64,000 nt of DNA from an uncultured virus (IMG/VR IMGVR_UViG_3300018405_000012) (Duplodnaviria; Heunggongvirae; Uroviricota; Caudoviricetes): IMG/VR virus record IMGVR_UViG_3300018405_000012, one strand, 5' to 3'. Position numbers and translations under genes: made by a program. Below, piece by piece: positions 20,544-31,686 of the stretch; position 1 is the first letter of the stretch; each line of letters starts with the position of its first letter. A model generated the notes under the pieces. It saw only the letters and a list, made by a program, of their open reading frames with translations. It searched no databases and was not told the DNA's origin.

Positions 20544-20568
20544 GAGAAGCGATTTCCTTGTAAACCGA

Positions 20569-21816
20569 TTATTGAGTGGCCAAGCACTTGCGGCCGTAAG
20601 TCAGAATGTTGCGAGAGACAGTGAGCAGATTGGTGGTCATCTGATCCACCGGACCAAACGCCCAGTTCGAGTAGTTGCGAACAAACCGAAGGACGCCTTC
20701 ATCGTAAACCGTACTCATACCCCCGAGGGAATTCTGATACCGTTCACCGGCCCGCAGGACATTTTTGATCTGGTTCTCCAAACGATTACTGACCATGACC
20801 CGCTCTTGTGTATCGATCATGTCCAAAATCTCGATGACTCGCTTGGCCAACGTCTGGATCTGCATGCCACTGGCGGTGCGAACGGTCCCCTGCGTAATGT
20901 TACTCAGGTTGACGTTGCTCAGGACGAACTTCACCCCGGTGGTGCGCAGTGATTTTGCGTATGCCAGAGGATCGGTGTCGATCTTGCTGCGCTGAGCATC
21001 TTCCAACAACAGGCAGAAGAGAGACCAACCGCCCAGAGTAGGAGGTGCCACCAGCGCCAGTCGACGACCAAAGCGCGGATCACGGTAGACCATCGCCTTG
21101 ACTTTCTTAGCAATGTCTTCAGTCGGCAGTTGTTCGGTAAACAGGCGGTTGACTTGGTTGAGCATGTCAAGACCTGTGTTATTGTTCTGCAACAGGTTCT
21201 CGAATGCCTTACCCAGCTCCAGGGTCTGCTTGCCGTAATGGGTCGTCATGACCTTGTACTGCTCCAGTGCGGAACTGATCGAGCGAATCAGGGCGTCTGG
21301 ATCGGTAATGAGGTTACCACCTACGACGAAGGTCTTAATCTCAATCCCCAGGTCGATGCTCGGATGGCGAACAGTGGCCAGGCGCTTAGCAGCAGCACGC
21401 TTGATCAAGATGTCAGCACTCAGTCTCAGCTGACCCCGGTAGGTACTGACTTTCTGCCAGTACGAGCGCACCATACGCAGCACTGTAAGGACCATATTGA
21501 CCAGACGCTTCCACAACTCCTTCAGACGGTCCTTCAAAGATTCGGTGGAGACAACCCCATCAAGTTCTGGAAGAAACTCATTAGTGTCCATCCCAGTCCC
21601 GTGGAGCAGTGATTCAACACTGACCACCAGAGCATCGCGATGAGCATCGGTGGCGACGGGGTGTTGATCGAGGTGGCGAATCAGTGATTCCAGAGAATCG
21701 GTGGCAGACAGGAGCGCCTCTAGCTGAACCTGACTACTTTGCAATTTTTGTGTTGTATCGAGGAGGGCACTATAAGGCTCGTCGAGCACAGGGTCGTGCA
21801 ATGCTTCATCAGACAT
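20569..21816 (-). CDS. Internal head protein with propeptide
   Basis: SLE, SVE and STE sites followed by LKDRLKELWKRLVNMV. Confidence 0.75.
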   Translation of the reverse strand: MSDEALHDPVLDEPYSALLDTTQKLQSSQVQLEALLSATDSLESLIRHLDQHPVATDAHRDALVVSVESLLHGTGMDTNEFLPELDGVVSTESLKDRLKELWKRLVNMVLTVLRMVRSYWQKVSTYRGQLRLSADILIKRAAAKRLATVRHPSIDLGIEIKTFVVGGNLITDPDALIRSISSALEQYKVMTTHYGKQTLELGKAFENLLQNNNTGLDMLNQVNRLFTEQLPTEDIAKKVKAMVYRDPRFGRRLALVAPPTLGGWSLFCLLLEDAQRSKIDTDPLAYAKSLRTTGVKFVLSNVNLSNITQGTVRTASGMQIQTLAKRVIEILDMIDTQERVMVSNRLENQIKNVLRAGERYQNSLGGMSTVYDEGVLRFVRNYSNWAFGPVDQMTTNLLTVSRNILTYGRKCLATQ

Positions 21817-21856
21817 AGGGGATTCTCGTGGGGCAATGAAAAATAGACAAAGCTAG

Positions 21857-21866
21857 TCATACCATT
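21857..21866 (-). promoter_or_regulatory. Putative late promoter (AATGGTATGA)
   Basis: An identical 10-mer occurs at 33871-33880; both precede virion genes. TATG is the phiKZ late-promoter core. Confidence 0.4.
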
Positions 21867-21942
21867 GTCGACTACCGGCATAAAACACCACCCGGAGCGT
21901 AACGCCCAGGGTGGTGTCTACTAGCCTAACAAGCGATCAAGA

Positions 21943-23181
21943 TCACTTGTACGCAGCAACAGCCTTCTTGCCGAAGGAGAATGCTGCCTTGGCGGCGCTG
22001 GCGGCGTAGCTCATGTAAGCCGGGCCGACGGCGCGAGCGATATGGGAGATCTTGCGGAAATCGTTCAGTGCTTCACGAACGGCTTTCTTCGAATCACCAG
22101 CATGCTTGACGCCCAGGGTCTTCTTGTCGTCTTCGAAGTCGATCTTCTTGACGAGTTTGTCCTGCTCGGCGATGGCCTTGTCGATGGCCTTCTCGAGAGC
22201 AGTGAAGTGCTTCTTGTCGTACTCGCCGATCTTCTCAGCGACCTTGATGATGCCTTGGCCGATGGATTTGATTTCCTGCGCCGACGGGGTCTTGACATTG
22301 TTGGTGTCAGCCTTCAGGTTGGTCTTGACGACCAGCTTGGGCATTCCACCTTCGGTGTCGATGAAACGACCGCCAGGCAGTTCTTCGGACGGCAGAGCCT
22401 TGATGATCTTGTCATGCGCTTCCTGGGACTCGTGCTTTTCCAGGCGGCCACTGGCGGTAGCGCCAGCCAGCTTGATGATCTCGTCTTTGGCGATGGAAGC
22501 CGACTGAGCGACACCGGCGTACTTGCTGACGATTTCCAGCAGACCGGCACCAACGGAGGTCTTCATGGCGCCGTCTTTGTGCAGGAACTTGGCAACACCA
22601 GTGGCGTCGATTTCTGCAGTCTTGGCATTGCCACTGATACTGCCGGCCTGAGCGATCAGGATCTTGCCAGCTTTGGTCAGAGCGGCCGAGGATTTGCCGA
22701 TGGTGCGCACGAAGTTGACCACGGCCTTGTAGGCATTGATCACGGTGGTCTTGATGGCATTCCAGATGTCAGCCAGGAGCTTCTTGGCGCCTTCCAGAGC
22801 TTCCATGGAAGCTACCAACTTGTCGCCAGTGCCGCCGAAGGATTCGGTGGAAACGGTGTAATCGGAAGCATCGACCGGCAGACGGCGAGTGGCGATGGCC
22901 AGGGCGCGGCTGTGGATGTCGGCAGCTTGCGGGCTCAGACCGCCGTCGGCGATGGCGCTTTCCAGGGAAGTGATCAGCGACTCGAGGCTTTCAGCAGCGC
23001 CAGCGAGTTCGTCGACAGCTTCGTCATGTTCTTCAACGACGTCGGACTGATCGCGGACTTCTTCCAGGATCTCGTCGACAGCGACGGTGGTGGTTTCGGT
23101 AACCGGGTTCAGCTCTTCGTTCTCGAGCGGGTCGGCCGATTCCATGGATACAGCCAGAGCTTGTTGCAGGATGCTACGCAT
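21943..23181 (-). CDS. Abundant internal head/inner-body protein (phiKZ gp93-family-like)
   Basis: Start reassigned to MRSILQQ (GGAG SD). SME, SLE and STE sites; strong codon bias; helix KKLLADIWNAIK after the last site. Confidence 0.8.
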   Translation of the reverse strand: MRSILQQALAVSMESADPLENEELNPVTETTTVAVDEILEEVRDQSDVVEEHDEAVDELAGAAESLESLITSLESAIADGGLSPQAADIHSRALAIATRRLPVDASDYTVSTESFGGTGDKLVASMEALEGAKKLLADIWNAIKTTVINAYKAVVNFVRTIGKSSAALTKAGKILIAQAGSISGNAKTAEIDATGVAKFLHKDGAMKTSVGAGLLEIVSKYAGVAQSASIAKDEIIKLAGATASGRLEKHESQEAHDKIIKALPSEELPGGRFIDTEGGMPKLVVKTNLKADTNNVKTPSAQEIKSIGQGIIKVAEKIGEYDKKHFTALEKAIDKAIAEQDKLVKKIDFEDDKKTLGVKHAGDSKKAVREALNDFRKISHIARAVGPAYMSYAASAAKAAFSFGKKAVAAYK

Positions 23182-23286
23182 TTGGATAACTCCATTGTTT
23201 GCAAACAGGAAAGGAGATATGCCCTTACCTAGGAGGTCATATCTCCGCACACCATAGGAAGGTGTTTCTTTGCCAGAGGCTGCGGT

Positions 23287-23814
23287 TTACGCAGCCTCTG
23301 AACGATCGTGCCAACCGTCGGGCAATCCGCCGCCGATCAACTGAAGACTCATGACCAAATCAGTCAGCCCGTCCTCTTGGCAGAGCCAGCGACTGATCAG
23401 TTGACCTGGATTGGTGGAAAATACCCACTGCAGTTTCAACTCGCGAATCAGTGCACTGTGATCAACCACCACAGCTTCACGGGGGTGATACAACATCAGG
23501 TCGCGGTAATTCTCAAGCGAGATGGCGCGGGCTTCACCTGCCAGGAAACGCAGGGTGGACAGCGTGAAATGCAGGACCCAAGGTGAGGATGGCTCTTTCA
23601 GCTGCTGGGCCAGAATGAACTGACCCCGGTTGTTGAAGAGTACCTGCTTGGCTGCTTTGGCTACATCGGTCAGGTATTCGAAACTGTCCACCCAGTCATG
23701 GGTAGTTTCCATACGGTGGTACAGGGTATCGACCAATGGAAAGTCAAGGTACCCCGCACCACCGCTGTCCGAATGCCCCACCGTAAAGCCACGGTGAGTT
23801 TGGATTCGGCTCAT
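23287..23814 (-). CDS. Conserved virion-associated protein
   Basis: 175 aa, coupled to the upstream gene; synteny. Confidence 0.55.
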   Translation of the reverse strand: MSRIQTHRGFTVGHSDSGGAGYLDFPLVDTLYHRMETTHDWVDSFEYLTDVAKAAKQVLFNNRGQFILAQQLKEPSSPWVLHFTLSTLRFLAGEARAISLENYRDLMLYHPREAVVVDHSALIRELKLQWVFSTNPGQLISRWLCQEDGLTDLVMSLQLIGGGLPDGWHDRSEAA

Positions 23815-24698
23815 TTATAGCCCTCCTCCATCTTGGAGATCTTCTCGGCGGTCTTGTTGAGGAAGGTTTCATACTTCTCAATGGTCCGCTCAAGCTGAGC
23901 ATCGTTCTTGCCTTCGGCTTGAAGGCGCAGCTGCTCGAGACGCAGTTGGATGGAGCGGGCATCTTCTTTCAGTCGCTCGTAACGGGCTAATTGAAGCTGA
24001 GTCCACCAGATACCAATGCCCATGGCGATGTTGGTCACACCGGGAACAAAGTTGTTCTTCAGTGGGTCAAGCTTCATCATGCCGACCTGAGGAACGATGA
24101 CTTTCTCGTCATCTTCGCCGATCTCGATGTCCGGAATGGATTCGAGCAGTTGGGCGATTTCGCGACTGGGCTTGGAGAAGGTGGTCAACAGCGCAAAGAA
24201 CGCCGGCTGGTTACGCTTGAGCCATTCCAGTTCAGGTTTCGGGCGCTCCTTGCCTTCCGGGTGTTCCTTGGAAGTCACCGAGGCTTCAGCCACCAGAATG
24301 TAATGCAGCAACTGCATGGAGTAAGCCACCACGAAGTCCATGTACCCAAGAGTACGCAGCAATTCAGCGCGCTTATAGGTAATGCCCTCAATGACGATGT
24401 CCCGACCGTAACTCTTTTCAGCAATTGCTGTCAGGAGTTCAGTGGTAACCGCCATATTCGCCAACACCTGACGGATGTAGGAGAAGGCTGTTACCTTGGC
24501 TGGGATGCGAACAGCTTTGGTCAGGGCAGACTCGAATTCCTTACCGGCCTTCGAACTGAAGACCTTGACCGTGTTTTCAGCATTGAAGTAGGTTTCGATG
24601 GCTTTCTGCAGGCCTTGGGTGAAAACCCGCAGACTCTGCTTAAATTCATCTTTAGTCAGCGACGCGGTCAGGCGTCGCAGGTAATCCAGGATGCGCAT
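23811..24698 (-). CDS. Inner-body protein (phiKZ gp90-like)
   Basis: 295 aa with a C-terminal coiled coil; synteny. Confidence 0.6.
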   Translation of the reverse strand: MRILDYLRRLTASLTKDEFKQSLRVFTQGLQKAIETYFNAENTVKVFSSKAGKEFESALTKAVRIPAKVTAFSYIRQVLANMAVTTELLTAIAEKSYGRDIVIEGITYKRAELLRTLGYMDFVVAYSMQLLHYILVAEASVTSKEHPEGKERPKPELEWLKRNQPAFFALLTTFSKPSREIAQLLESIPDIEIGEDDEKVIVPQVGMMKLDPLKNNFVPGVTNIAMGIGIWWTQLQLARYERLKEDARSIQLRLEQLRLQAEGKNDAQLERTIEKYETFLNKTAEKISKMEEGYK

Positions 24699-24727
24699 GG
24701 TGGAATGTTCCTTGAGGGTGAGTGAGA

Positions 24728-26098
24728 TCAGATACGGCCAGGGGCTTTCCCAAGCTGGTAGCTCTTGAGGATGTCCATCAGTTCTTTGCTGTCGGACTTG
24801 CCGGCAGTTTTGATATCACGCGCCGTGAGTTTAGTCGGCATTTCGATACCGCGGGTGTAAATGGTGACCGATTCCCAATCCGGATCAACCACTGCCATCA
24901 GCATGGAGTAGGTGTGACCGAAGATGCCCTGACGGGTCTTGAAGTTGTCCAGACGGCCGTTGACGCGGCGTTCGAGTTCGGCAGCAGTCTTGCTGTCGAG
25001 GACAAGCAGGGAGCTGGCGCTGGACAGCGATGGACCTTGAACCAGACCTTCTGCAATCGAGTTCTTCTGTGCACGACCGTAGACAGTCTTGTAATAACCA
25101 GACTCGTCATTCATCATGGCAGCGCGGTGTGCATCAACACGGTCCATGGCCAGAACGAAGTCGGCCCAGAAACGGATTTCGCCTGCACGCCATGCTCTCC
25201 AACGACTGCGCATGGTGGCGTCTTTACCACCAACGGCCAGGGTCTGCACCATGGTCTCGGACGGCATACCGGCAACACGCAGACGGATGGTCACAGGTAC
25301 AACAGCAGTCTTACCGTCTTCGCTGATAGTCACATCGATGACGTTGCCGACGGCGAGGTTGTTGATCTTCTCGACATACTTGGAGGCACTCTGGACGCTC
25401 TGACCTTTGTTCTCGAAGTTACGCTTCTTGAACTCTTCCAGCATTTCTTTGGCTTTGGCCGAGGCAGCCTTGTCAGTACCGGCTTTTACTTTCTCGTATT
25501 CACGAGCCAGCTTTTCCTTAAGTCGCTGATCGGTAACGCGGTCGATGGCCTTTTGGATTTCAGCAGCCAATTCAGCCGGGTCCAGATTCGCCGATTCCAT
25601 AGAGACACGGTCCTGCTCTTCGATGATTTCCTTGATGAACGGCAGGCCGAAAGACTCCATCGACGGATTGGTGTCTTCGCCGAACAGGGTCAGAGTGGCT
25701 TCAGCCAGATCGCGGTCGGTGGCAAACTTGTCAAGGCGACGGCCGACGGTGACCCCATTGATCTTGGTGTCAAGCGAGACTGCCAGAAGCCAGTATCCGG
25801 TGAACATGTTATACAGAGAATGGACCACATCCTGAATGAATGGGGTGTTGACTGCACGCTTGTCCATCAGCAAGATGGGCTCAACCCTGGCAGATTGTGT
25901 GAAGCGAACCAGATCGGAGGTCGTCGAAGAACGCAGGGCGTCTTTGGCCATTTGGATGGCTTTGCCACCTGCGGAGTCATCCGACTTGTTCTTCAGTGCG
26001 GCGACGATCTGAGGACTGTATTTAGCAAGTAGGCCAACGCCTGAGACGATCAGGCTACTGATGCCAACCAAGCTCTCTTGCGAGACTTTTTTGTTCAT
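24728..26098 (-). CDS. Inner-body protein (phiKZ gp89-like)
   Basis: Start reassigned to MNKKVSQES. Contains ARVEP, SME sites and a C-terminal VTIYTRG motif. Confidence 0.7.
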   Translation of the reverse strand: MNKKVSQESLVGISSLIVSGVGLLAKYSPQIVAALKNKSDDSAGGKAIQMAKDALRSSTTSDLVRFTQSARVEPILLMDKRAVNTPFIQDVVHSLYNMFTGYWLLAVSLDTKINGVTVGRRLDKFATDRDLAEATLTLFGEDTNPSMESFGLPFIKEIIEEQDRVSMESANLDPAELAAEIQKAIDRVTDQRLKEKLAREYEKVKAGTDKAASAKAKEMLEEFKKRNFENKGQSVQSASKYVEKINNLAVGNVIDVTISEDGKTAVVPVTIRLRVAGMPSETMVQTLAVGGKDATMRSRWRAWRAGEIRFWADFVLAMDRVDAHRAAMMNDESGYYKTVYGRAQKNSIAEGLVQGPSLSSASSLLVLDSKTAAELERRVNGRLDNFKTRQGIFGHTYSMLMAVVDPDWESVTIYTRGIEMPTKLTARDIKTAGKSDSKELMDILKSYQLGKAPGRI

Positions 26099-26125
26099 GA
26101 AACGACTTCCTATTGAAAAGGCATA

Positions 26126-27313
26126 ATGGAGATGAACGACCAACATAAGTTGATGAAACGAGTGCTTGACACAGTCGCCAAGCACGGAGGTTTCGACAGC
26201 GATGATGCACTGATGCAACGTCTGACCCGCGAGCAAGGAACCGGTGCGGTGGGAGCCCGTTTCCATGATCTTCTGGCCGGTTATAACAGAACACAACAGG
26301 GTTCTGCGGTTCCGGCTAACACCGACATGCAGGGATTGACGTTTTTCACACGTCCAAATTTAAACCTGTCATACGATAACGTGATGGCAGTGCGTCAATT
26401 GTCCGTTTTGGCCAGTGAAAATCCACGGTCATACAGTCGAATCATCCGTCGGATGCTTTGGCCGGACAGTATCATTCATGACAATCAACGCAGTAAACAT
26501 GACCAGGGAATTGCAAACGACAACGTCATTTTTGACAATCGTCAAGCCTTTATGCCCCTTCTCAGTAACACGCTGACCAACATGAGTGGCTGGCCTGACC
26601 TGATGCTCCATGCATACAGCAGTAACGAAGGGATGGCTAAAGAAGTCTGGATGATGAACGACTCGATCGCCGAGGTAAATGGTCGATTCGAACTCGATTG
26701 TACCTTCGAAAACACCCTAGGTGATCCTATATCATTGACGCTGTTTGCGTGGCTACTGTACATCGGCGGTGTCTATCTGGGCACGAAGATTCAGCCTGCT
26801 GGTTACTCGATTGTGCAGAACGAGATTGACTACATGTCTCGGATCTATCGTTTTGTGACAGACTGGTCAGGACGGTATATCCAGAAGTGGGCAGCCTGCG
26901 GGGCAGCCTTCCCGGTAGGCCTGTCAATCGGCACCTCGTTTAACTACAGTCGTGACACGCCATACAACGAAAATAACAAGAGTGTTCAAGCAAGCTTCGC
27001 CTGCACCATCGCTGAATATAACGACCCCATCACCTTGTGGGAGTTCAATAAGTTGGTGGTCATCTTTAACCCGATGATGGGCGATGGTGAACGCGAAAAG
27101 AAAATGAAGCGCATTGAGCCAGAAGAACGGAAGCTGTTTAACTATAAAGGCTTCCCGTGGATCAATCTGATGAACAACAACGAACTGGAGTGGTGGATCG
27201 ATAAGGACGACTACGTGAAAGTAACACGGGGCGATTTGAATAAGCCCATGCCGTCCACAGCCCCAAGTCCTACCACAACCACTCCAGATCAGTCTGGACT
27301 CATCGTCGTTTAA
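26126..27313 (+). CDS. Virion structural protein (phiKZ gp88-like)
   Basis: GLTFFTRPNLNLSYDN, SGWPD and NEIDYMSRIYRF; divergent from the gp89-like gene. Confidence 0.65.
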   Translation: MEMNDQHKLMKRVLDTVAKHGGFDSDDALMQRLTREQGTGAVGARFHDLLAGYNRTQQGSAVPANTDMQGLTFFTRPNLNLSYDNVMAVRQLSVLASENPRSYSRIIRRMLWPDSIIHDNQRSKHDQGIANDNVIFDNRQAFMPLLSNTLTNMSGWPDLMLHAYSSNEGMAKEVWMMNDSIAEVNGRFELDCTFENTLGDPISLTLFAWLLYIGGVYLGTKIQPAGYSIVQNEIDYMSRIYRFVTDWSGRYIQKWAACGAAFPVGLSIGTSFNYSRDTPYNENNKSVQASFACTIAEYNDPITLWEFNKLVVIFNPMMGDGEREKKMKRIEPEERKLFNYKGFPWINLMNNNELEWWIDKDDYVKVTRGDLNKPMPSTAPSPTTTTPDQSGLIVV

Positions 27314-27325
27314 TGGAGCCTGTCA

Positions 27326-30241
27326 ATGTCTCGTTCTGATTTGTCCCGCATGATCGATGCGGCACGATTGAACCCCATGGCCATCCAGCGCCAGGGGATT
27401 GAATACCTGGAGAAAGTGCGCGGCGGGGAAGTCGAAATCGTCGACGCATCCAATGCGTTCGTCTATGTGATGGAGTTTGCCTCCACCCTGTTCAGTAACC
27501 TGGCTCGCAAGGATGAAATCCTCAACCTGCGTCAGTACCCTGAATTGGCACAGGGACGTGAGGACCTGTATCACCACATGAGTGATGTCGATTACCTCAA
27601 CGTCTTCTCCATTCCGTCCACCACCGAACTGTTGCTAGTGTACAGCCTCAGCGAGATCATTGAGAAGGCGGTCGATATTGGCAATGCCGGTGTGCGCAAG
27701 CTCGTCATCCCACGCCATACCAAGGTCATGGCAGGCGACGTACCGTTTACTCTGCAATACCCCATTGAGATCCGGGTCTTACCTCACCAGGGCATTCAGG
27801 TGGTGTACGACAACAGTCGTCCGTCGCCCCTGCAGGCGCTTGAGACCAACAAGGTCGCGTTCTCTATCCTGAACTACAACATCGGACATGAAGAATACCT
27901 GCAATTGGAAGTTCCTGCTCAGCAGATCGAGATCAAGAGTTACACCGCACCGATGTCGGCAGCCAAGACATTCAACAAGTCGTATAAGTACGCCGATCAA
28001 TACCATCACTGCCGTGTCTACACCAGCACAGGTGACGATGGTTGGAAAGAGATCAAGACCACGCACAGTGACTTGGTTTACGATCCAGGTACTCCGACCG
28101 CTGTGTTGAAGTTGCTCGACGATGGCATGCTCAATGTGAGTATCCCTCAGATCTACTACAGCAGTGGACTACTCAACCGTACGTTGCGGATCGACATCTA
28201 CACCACCCGTGGGGCACTGGAGCTGGCTATTCAGGGTTACAGTGCGGGCATGTTCACGGCTACGTACGAGGATTACGACAACGACGACAAAGGCAAGTAC
28301 ACCGCTCCAGTGAAGCGGCTGACGGCAAGTCGGTTCATGGCGTCATTGCCAGCGACGGGTGGCTCGAATGCTATCGGGTTCGACAAGCTCAAGGAGCGTG
28401 TGATCCACAACGCTTTGGGTTCGATTGACCTGCCGATCACCAACGTCCAAATCCAGACTCAACTGGACCGTCTGACAGATGCGGGCTTTAGCTGCGTGAC
28501 GGATATCGACAATGCCACCCGTCGTTTGTACGCCGCCACCCGTGAGATGCCAGTACCTGAGATTAAGGAAATTTCTTCGGGTGCAGGGTCGAACGTAGTG
28601 ACACTCAGCAAGACCATTGAACAGATCCTGAACACTGCCGATGTCATGGACAATGGGCAGCGCATCACCATCCTTCCTACCACGCTGTATCGGGACGAGG
28701 GGGGTTACCTATCGATTGTCGATCGGGAAGAACGCGAATCGATCATGTCACTGCCTTCTGATCTGCTGGCTGACACGGTAAACAACAGCACCTTCTTCTA
28801 CACCCCGTTCCACTATGTCTACGACATCACCGATGGTGTGTTCAAGGTCAGGCCGTATTACTTCGGTGCACCTGAGATCACCCGTAAGTTCTTCGTGGAC
28901 GACAACGGGACCATGGGCGTTGGGGTCAATGTCAATACCCACCAGTTCGAGCGCACTGAGACCGGCTGGGTATTGCGCATCATGACCGCTAGTACCGATG
29001 CGTTGAAGGACATGGATGAGGAAGTACTGGTAGCTCAGCTGGCTTACACCCCTCCGGGTGAAGTCACACGGGTCTACCTGAATGGTCAACTACTGGGTCG
29101 GGACCCGAAGACCAAGGAATGGGTCTTTGAATTCCGCTTTGACTCAACGTGGGATGTGGACCGTGAAGACCGCGTCTACCTCGATGGATTTGAGGGCGAA
29201 GGTATTTCACCACACCCTTACCCTGCTGAACTGTCGACCGTCTTTGACGTGTTCTACGGTGTGCGCAACGACCTGGTGCCCGCCGGCGAAAGCAGCATTA
29301 TCGATGAGCGATTTGGACACTTCATGGTGCCCTATCCGGTGACGGGTTTGTACCATGAACAGCTGACTGTAAAGTTGGGTCACGAACTCACAGGGTTGTG
29401 GGCACGGGCACGTTCGACCATCGGCGAAGAACAATACCTACGGTACGAAGAAGACGTTCCTCTACTGTACACCACCAACATCCCGGCACGGGATACTGAA
29501 ACCGGCGCGGTGGTCATTGACTACAGTTCGGGTAAACCTGCCATAGTGTACGATCATCGGGTCGGAGACATCGTGGTAGAGGACAATCGTACTGTGTACC
29601 TTCATCGCAAGGGTGATGTGATCATCCAAAACGGAGCGCCGATTGTAAGATCGCCTCGTTCGATCCTGCGGCAGGTGGAACTGGTGCTGTTCGATGGGGC
29701 GTACTACTTTGTCACCAACGGCACGGACTTGGCTTACCGAGAAACCGTACCGAGACAGGTGGTAGAGTGGGTCAACATTACCCTGAAACCGATCCGCGAT
29801 AAGTTGCTGGAGAATACCACACTGTGGTTCCATCCTAGGACGACTGTGGGTCTGGTCGATGCCATTGTTGACGGTAGCTTGACTGTATCGCTTGAAGCGG
29901 CGCAACGCCTGCGGATTGAATACTTTGTCAGCCCCATGGTCTATCGTGATGAAGCCCTCAAGGAAGAGATTCGCAAGAGCACACGAAAGACAGTCGCTCA
30001 GTTGTTCAAGGAGATGCAGGTTACCCGCAACGGGATCAGCGAAACCTTGAAGGACGTCGTGGGTGGGTATGTCATTGGGGTCAATGTCAATAATCTTGGT
30101 GGTGAGCGTGATTTCAGCGTCATCAGCATGAGCAATGAATCAGCCCGACTCTGCATCGGTAAGAAGCTGGTGGCCCTACCTAACGCCACATACGGCGTCG
30201 AGGATGCCATCGACATCTTGTTCTCACAACACTCGGTGTAA
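27326..30241 (+). CDS. Large virion/baseplate structural protein (phiKZ gp87-like)
   Basis: 971 aa with EDLYHHMSDVDY, FTLQYPIEIRV and YTPFHYV; synteny. Confidence 0.65.
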   Translation: MSRSDLSRMIDAARLNPMAIQRQGIEYLEKVRGGEVEIVDASNAFVYVMEFASTLFSNLARKDEILNLRQYPELAQGREDLYHHMSDVDYLNVFSIPSTTELLLVYSLSEIIEKAVDIGNAGVRKLVIPRHTKVMAGDVPFTLQYPIEIRVLPHQGIQVVYDNSRPSPLQALETNKVAFSILNYNIGHEEYLQLEVPAQQIEIKSYTAPMSAAKTFNKSYKYADQYHHCRVYTSTGDDGWKEIKTTHSDLVYDPGTPTAVLKLLDDGMLNVSIPQIYYSSGLLNRTLRIDIYTTRGALELAIQGYSAGMFTATYEDYDNDDKGKYTAPVKRLTASRFMASLPATGGSNAIGFDKLKERVIHNALGSIDLPITNVQIQTQLDRLTDAGFSCVTDIDNATRRLYAATREMPVPEIKEISSGAGSNVVTLSKTIEQILNTADVMDNGQRITILPTTLYRDEGGYLSIVDREERESIMSLPSDLLADTVNNSTFFYTPFHYVYDITDGVFKVRPYYFGAPEITRKFFVDDNGTMGVGVNVNTHQFERTETGWVLRIMTASTDALKDMDEEVLVAQLAYTPPGEVTRVYLNGQLLGRDPKTKEWVFEFRFDSTWDVDREDRVYLDGFEGEGISPHPYPAELSTVFDVFYGVRNDLVPAGESSIIDERFGHFMVPYPVTGLYHEQLTVKLGHELTGLWARARSTIGEEQYLRYEEDVPLLYTTNIPARDTETGAVVIDYSSGKPAIVYDHRVGDIVVEDNRTVYLHRKGDVIIQNGAPIVRSPRSILRQVELVLFDGAYYFVTNGTDLAYRETVPRQVVEWVNITLKPIRDKLLENTTLWFHPRTTVGLVDAIVDGSLTVSLEAAQRLRIEYFVSPMVYRDEALKEEIRKSTRKTVAQLFKEMQVTRNGISETLKDVVGGYVIGVNVNNLGGERDFSVISMSNESARLCIGKKLVALPNATYGVEDAIDILFSQHSV

Positions 30242-30247
30242 CGGCAT

Positions 30248-30273
30248 AGAGAGCAGCCCGAGGGCTGCTCTCT
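30248..30273. terminator. Hairpin between convergent genes (bidirectional terminator candidate)
   Basis: AGAGAGCAGCC-cgag-GGCTGCTCTCT flanked by CATA/TATG. Confidence 0.7.
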
Positions 30274-30289
30274 TATGTTGGCTCACTAA

Positions 30290-31666
30290 TTAAGAGCGGT
30301 ACTTAGCTATTAACTGAATAGCCCGACCGTAGTCCTTCATGAACAGAGCGACGAGATTAACTGCGAACTCTGCGGCTTTCTGTCTGGCTCTGGTAAAATC
30401 TGCCGTCGCCTTAAGTATCCTCAACTGCTGCGCGTCCGAAGAACGTTCGGCGGCGCTAAGAAGACTTTCGGTATGCTTGAGTTCGACAACGATGGCACGT
30501 GCCTGATGTGTTAACTCGGATTCAAGCTTATTGCTTATATTGGTTATCTTTGAATGGTTTGATTTAACCCATCTGTCAATTTGAGCCAGCACGAGCATGG
30601 CGTCTTTCCTGCTGGTGAGCGAATAGACTTTAGTTTTCTCCTCGAGGAAGCCTAAAACCTTGCTGAGATTACCTTCCAACACATGAGCGATATTTTCTTG
30701 GTCTCGGGTAATCTCAACCAGACCAATATCGGGTGCATCATGCGGTAAAAGATTCATATACTCCATTTGCATGCCGACGGCGAAGTTGTAGGCGTCGCCA
30801 GTTTCTTTTAGACGACCTATGATGCCACCAGCCACCATCTGTATCAGAGTCCCCTTACCCTCAAAAAAATGCATGCTGTCAGGTATCTGAGTCTCTAGAG
30901 CGGCTTTAGCTTCCTTGACTTTCTTTTTAACCACTGTCTCTACGGCGGTCTTGGTCGTACCACGATCAACGCCCATGTACTTGTCAAGATCTTCCAGGGT
31001 TTTGATAGGGCCGTCGATATCGAGGATACTCTTTTCAGAGGACTTCTCTATTTCTTTCTTGACCTCAGCCACCGTCTCTTTGACGAAAGGTGTGGGGATG
31101 GCTTTATTGTCGTTTAACAGGGATTTTTCGGTAGAGGATTGGAGTGCCTTGTCAGAGATGTCTTTCTTTTCTTCGGCAATCTTTTTGGCAGCGGCGTTGA
31201 TTTTCTTGTTCTTGGAAAACAACTGAGCAGCCCAAGAGAAAAACGCCTTGACGTGTTCACGCACCCACTTGATGATCTTACGGATTACATCGGCGATCGC
31301 TTTCGCTCCTCTGACAACGATGTTTTCCATGGACACATCGTAGTTCACTCGTGAGGGCAACTCGGTGAAAGAGTTCATCGGCAACCCATCGAAACAGTCT
31401 GCGTGACTTTCCATGGAGGATGTCATGAACATGAGCGTCTGGGCGTCACTGCGACTGATGCCCCCTACTTGACGAATTTCATCGACCAATGACATCAGCG
31501 ACTCGAAGGTCGGCGAGAGATCGTCGACAGTGAGGTCTTCTGCGCCAGGGGCGTTCAGAGTGTTTTCGATTCCCGTCAGGTCTTCCAACAGATCTTCCAA
31601 CGACATCGATTCAATGTGCTGGATTTCTTCTTCGGTCAGGGCGGTGTTTTCTACGTCTGTGGTCAT
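30290..31666 (-). CDS. Internal head protein paralog with propeptide
   Basis: SLE and SME sites, SFTELPSRVNYDVSME followed by an amphipathic helix; C-terminal half is compositionally distinct. Confidence 0.7.
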   Translation of the reverse strand: MTTDVENTALTEEEIQHIESMSLEDLLEDLTGIENTLNAPGAEDLTVDDLSPTFESLMSLVDEIRQVGGISRSDAQTLMFMTSSMESHADCFDGLPMNSFTELPSRVNYDVSMENIVVRGAKAIADVIRKIIKWVREHVKAFFSWAAQLFSKNKKINAAAKKIAEEKKDISDKALQSSTEKSLLNDNKAIPTPFVKETVAEVKKEIEKSSEKSILDIDGPIKTLEDLDKYMGVDRGTTKTAVETVVKKKVKEAKAALETQIPDSMHFFEGKGTLIQMVAGGIIGRLKETGDAYNFAVGMQMEYMNLLPHDAPDIGLVEITRDQENIAHVLEGNLSKVLGFLEEKTKVYSLTSRKDAMLVLAQIDRWVKSNHSKITNISNKLESELTHQARAIVVELKHTESLLSAAERSSDAQQLRILKATADFTRARQKAAEFAVNLVALFMKDYGRAIQLIAKYRS

Positions 31667-31686
31667 AATTGTTTCTCATGCGTGAG

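Noticed and set aside
22042..23232. 396-aa antisense ORF (similar ones at 24722-26032, 50498-51730, 57985-59346 and 61049-62167)
   Set aside because: These are shadows of codon-biased real genes on the opposite strand; no motifs or credible starts.
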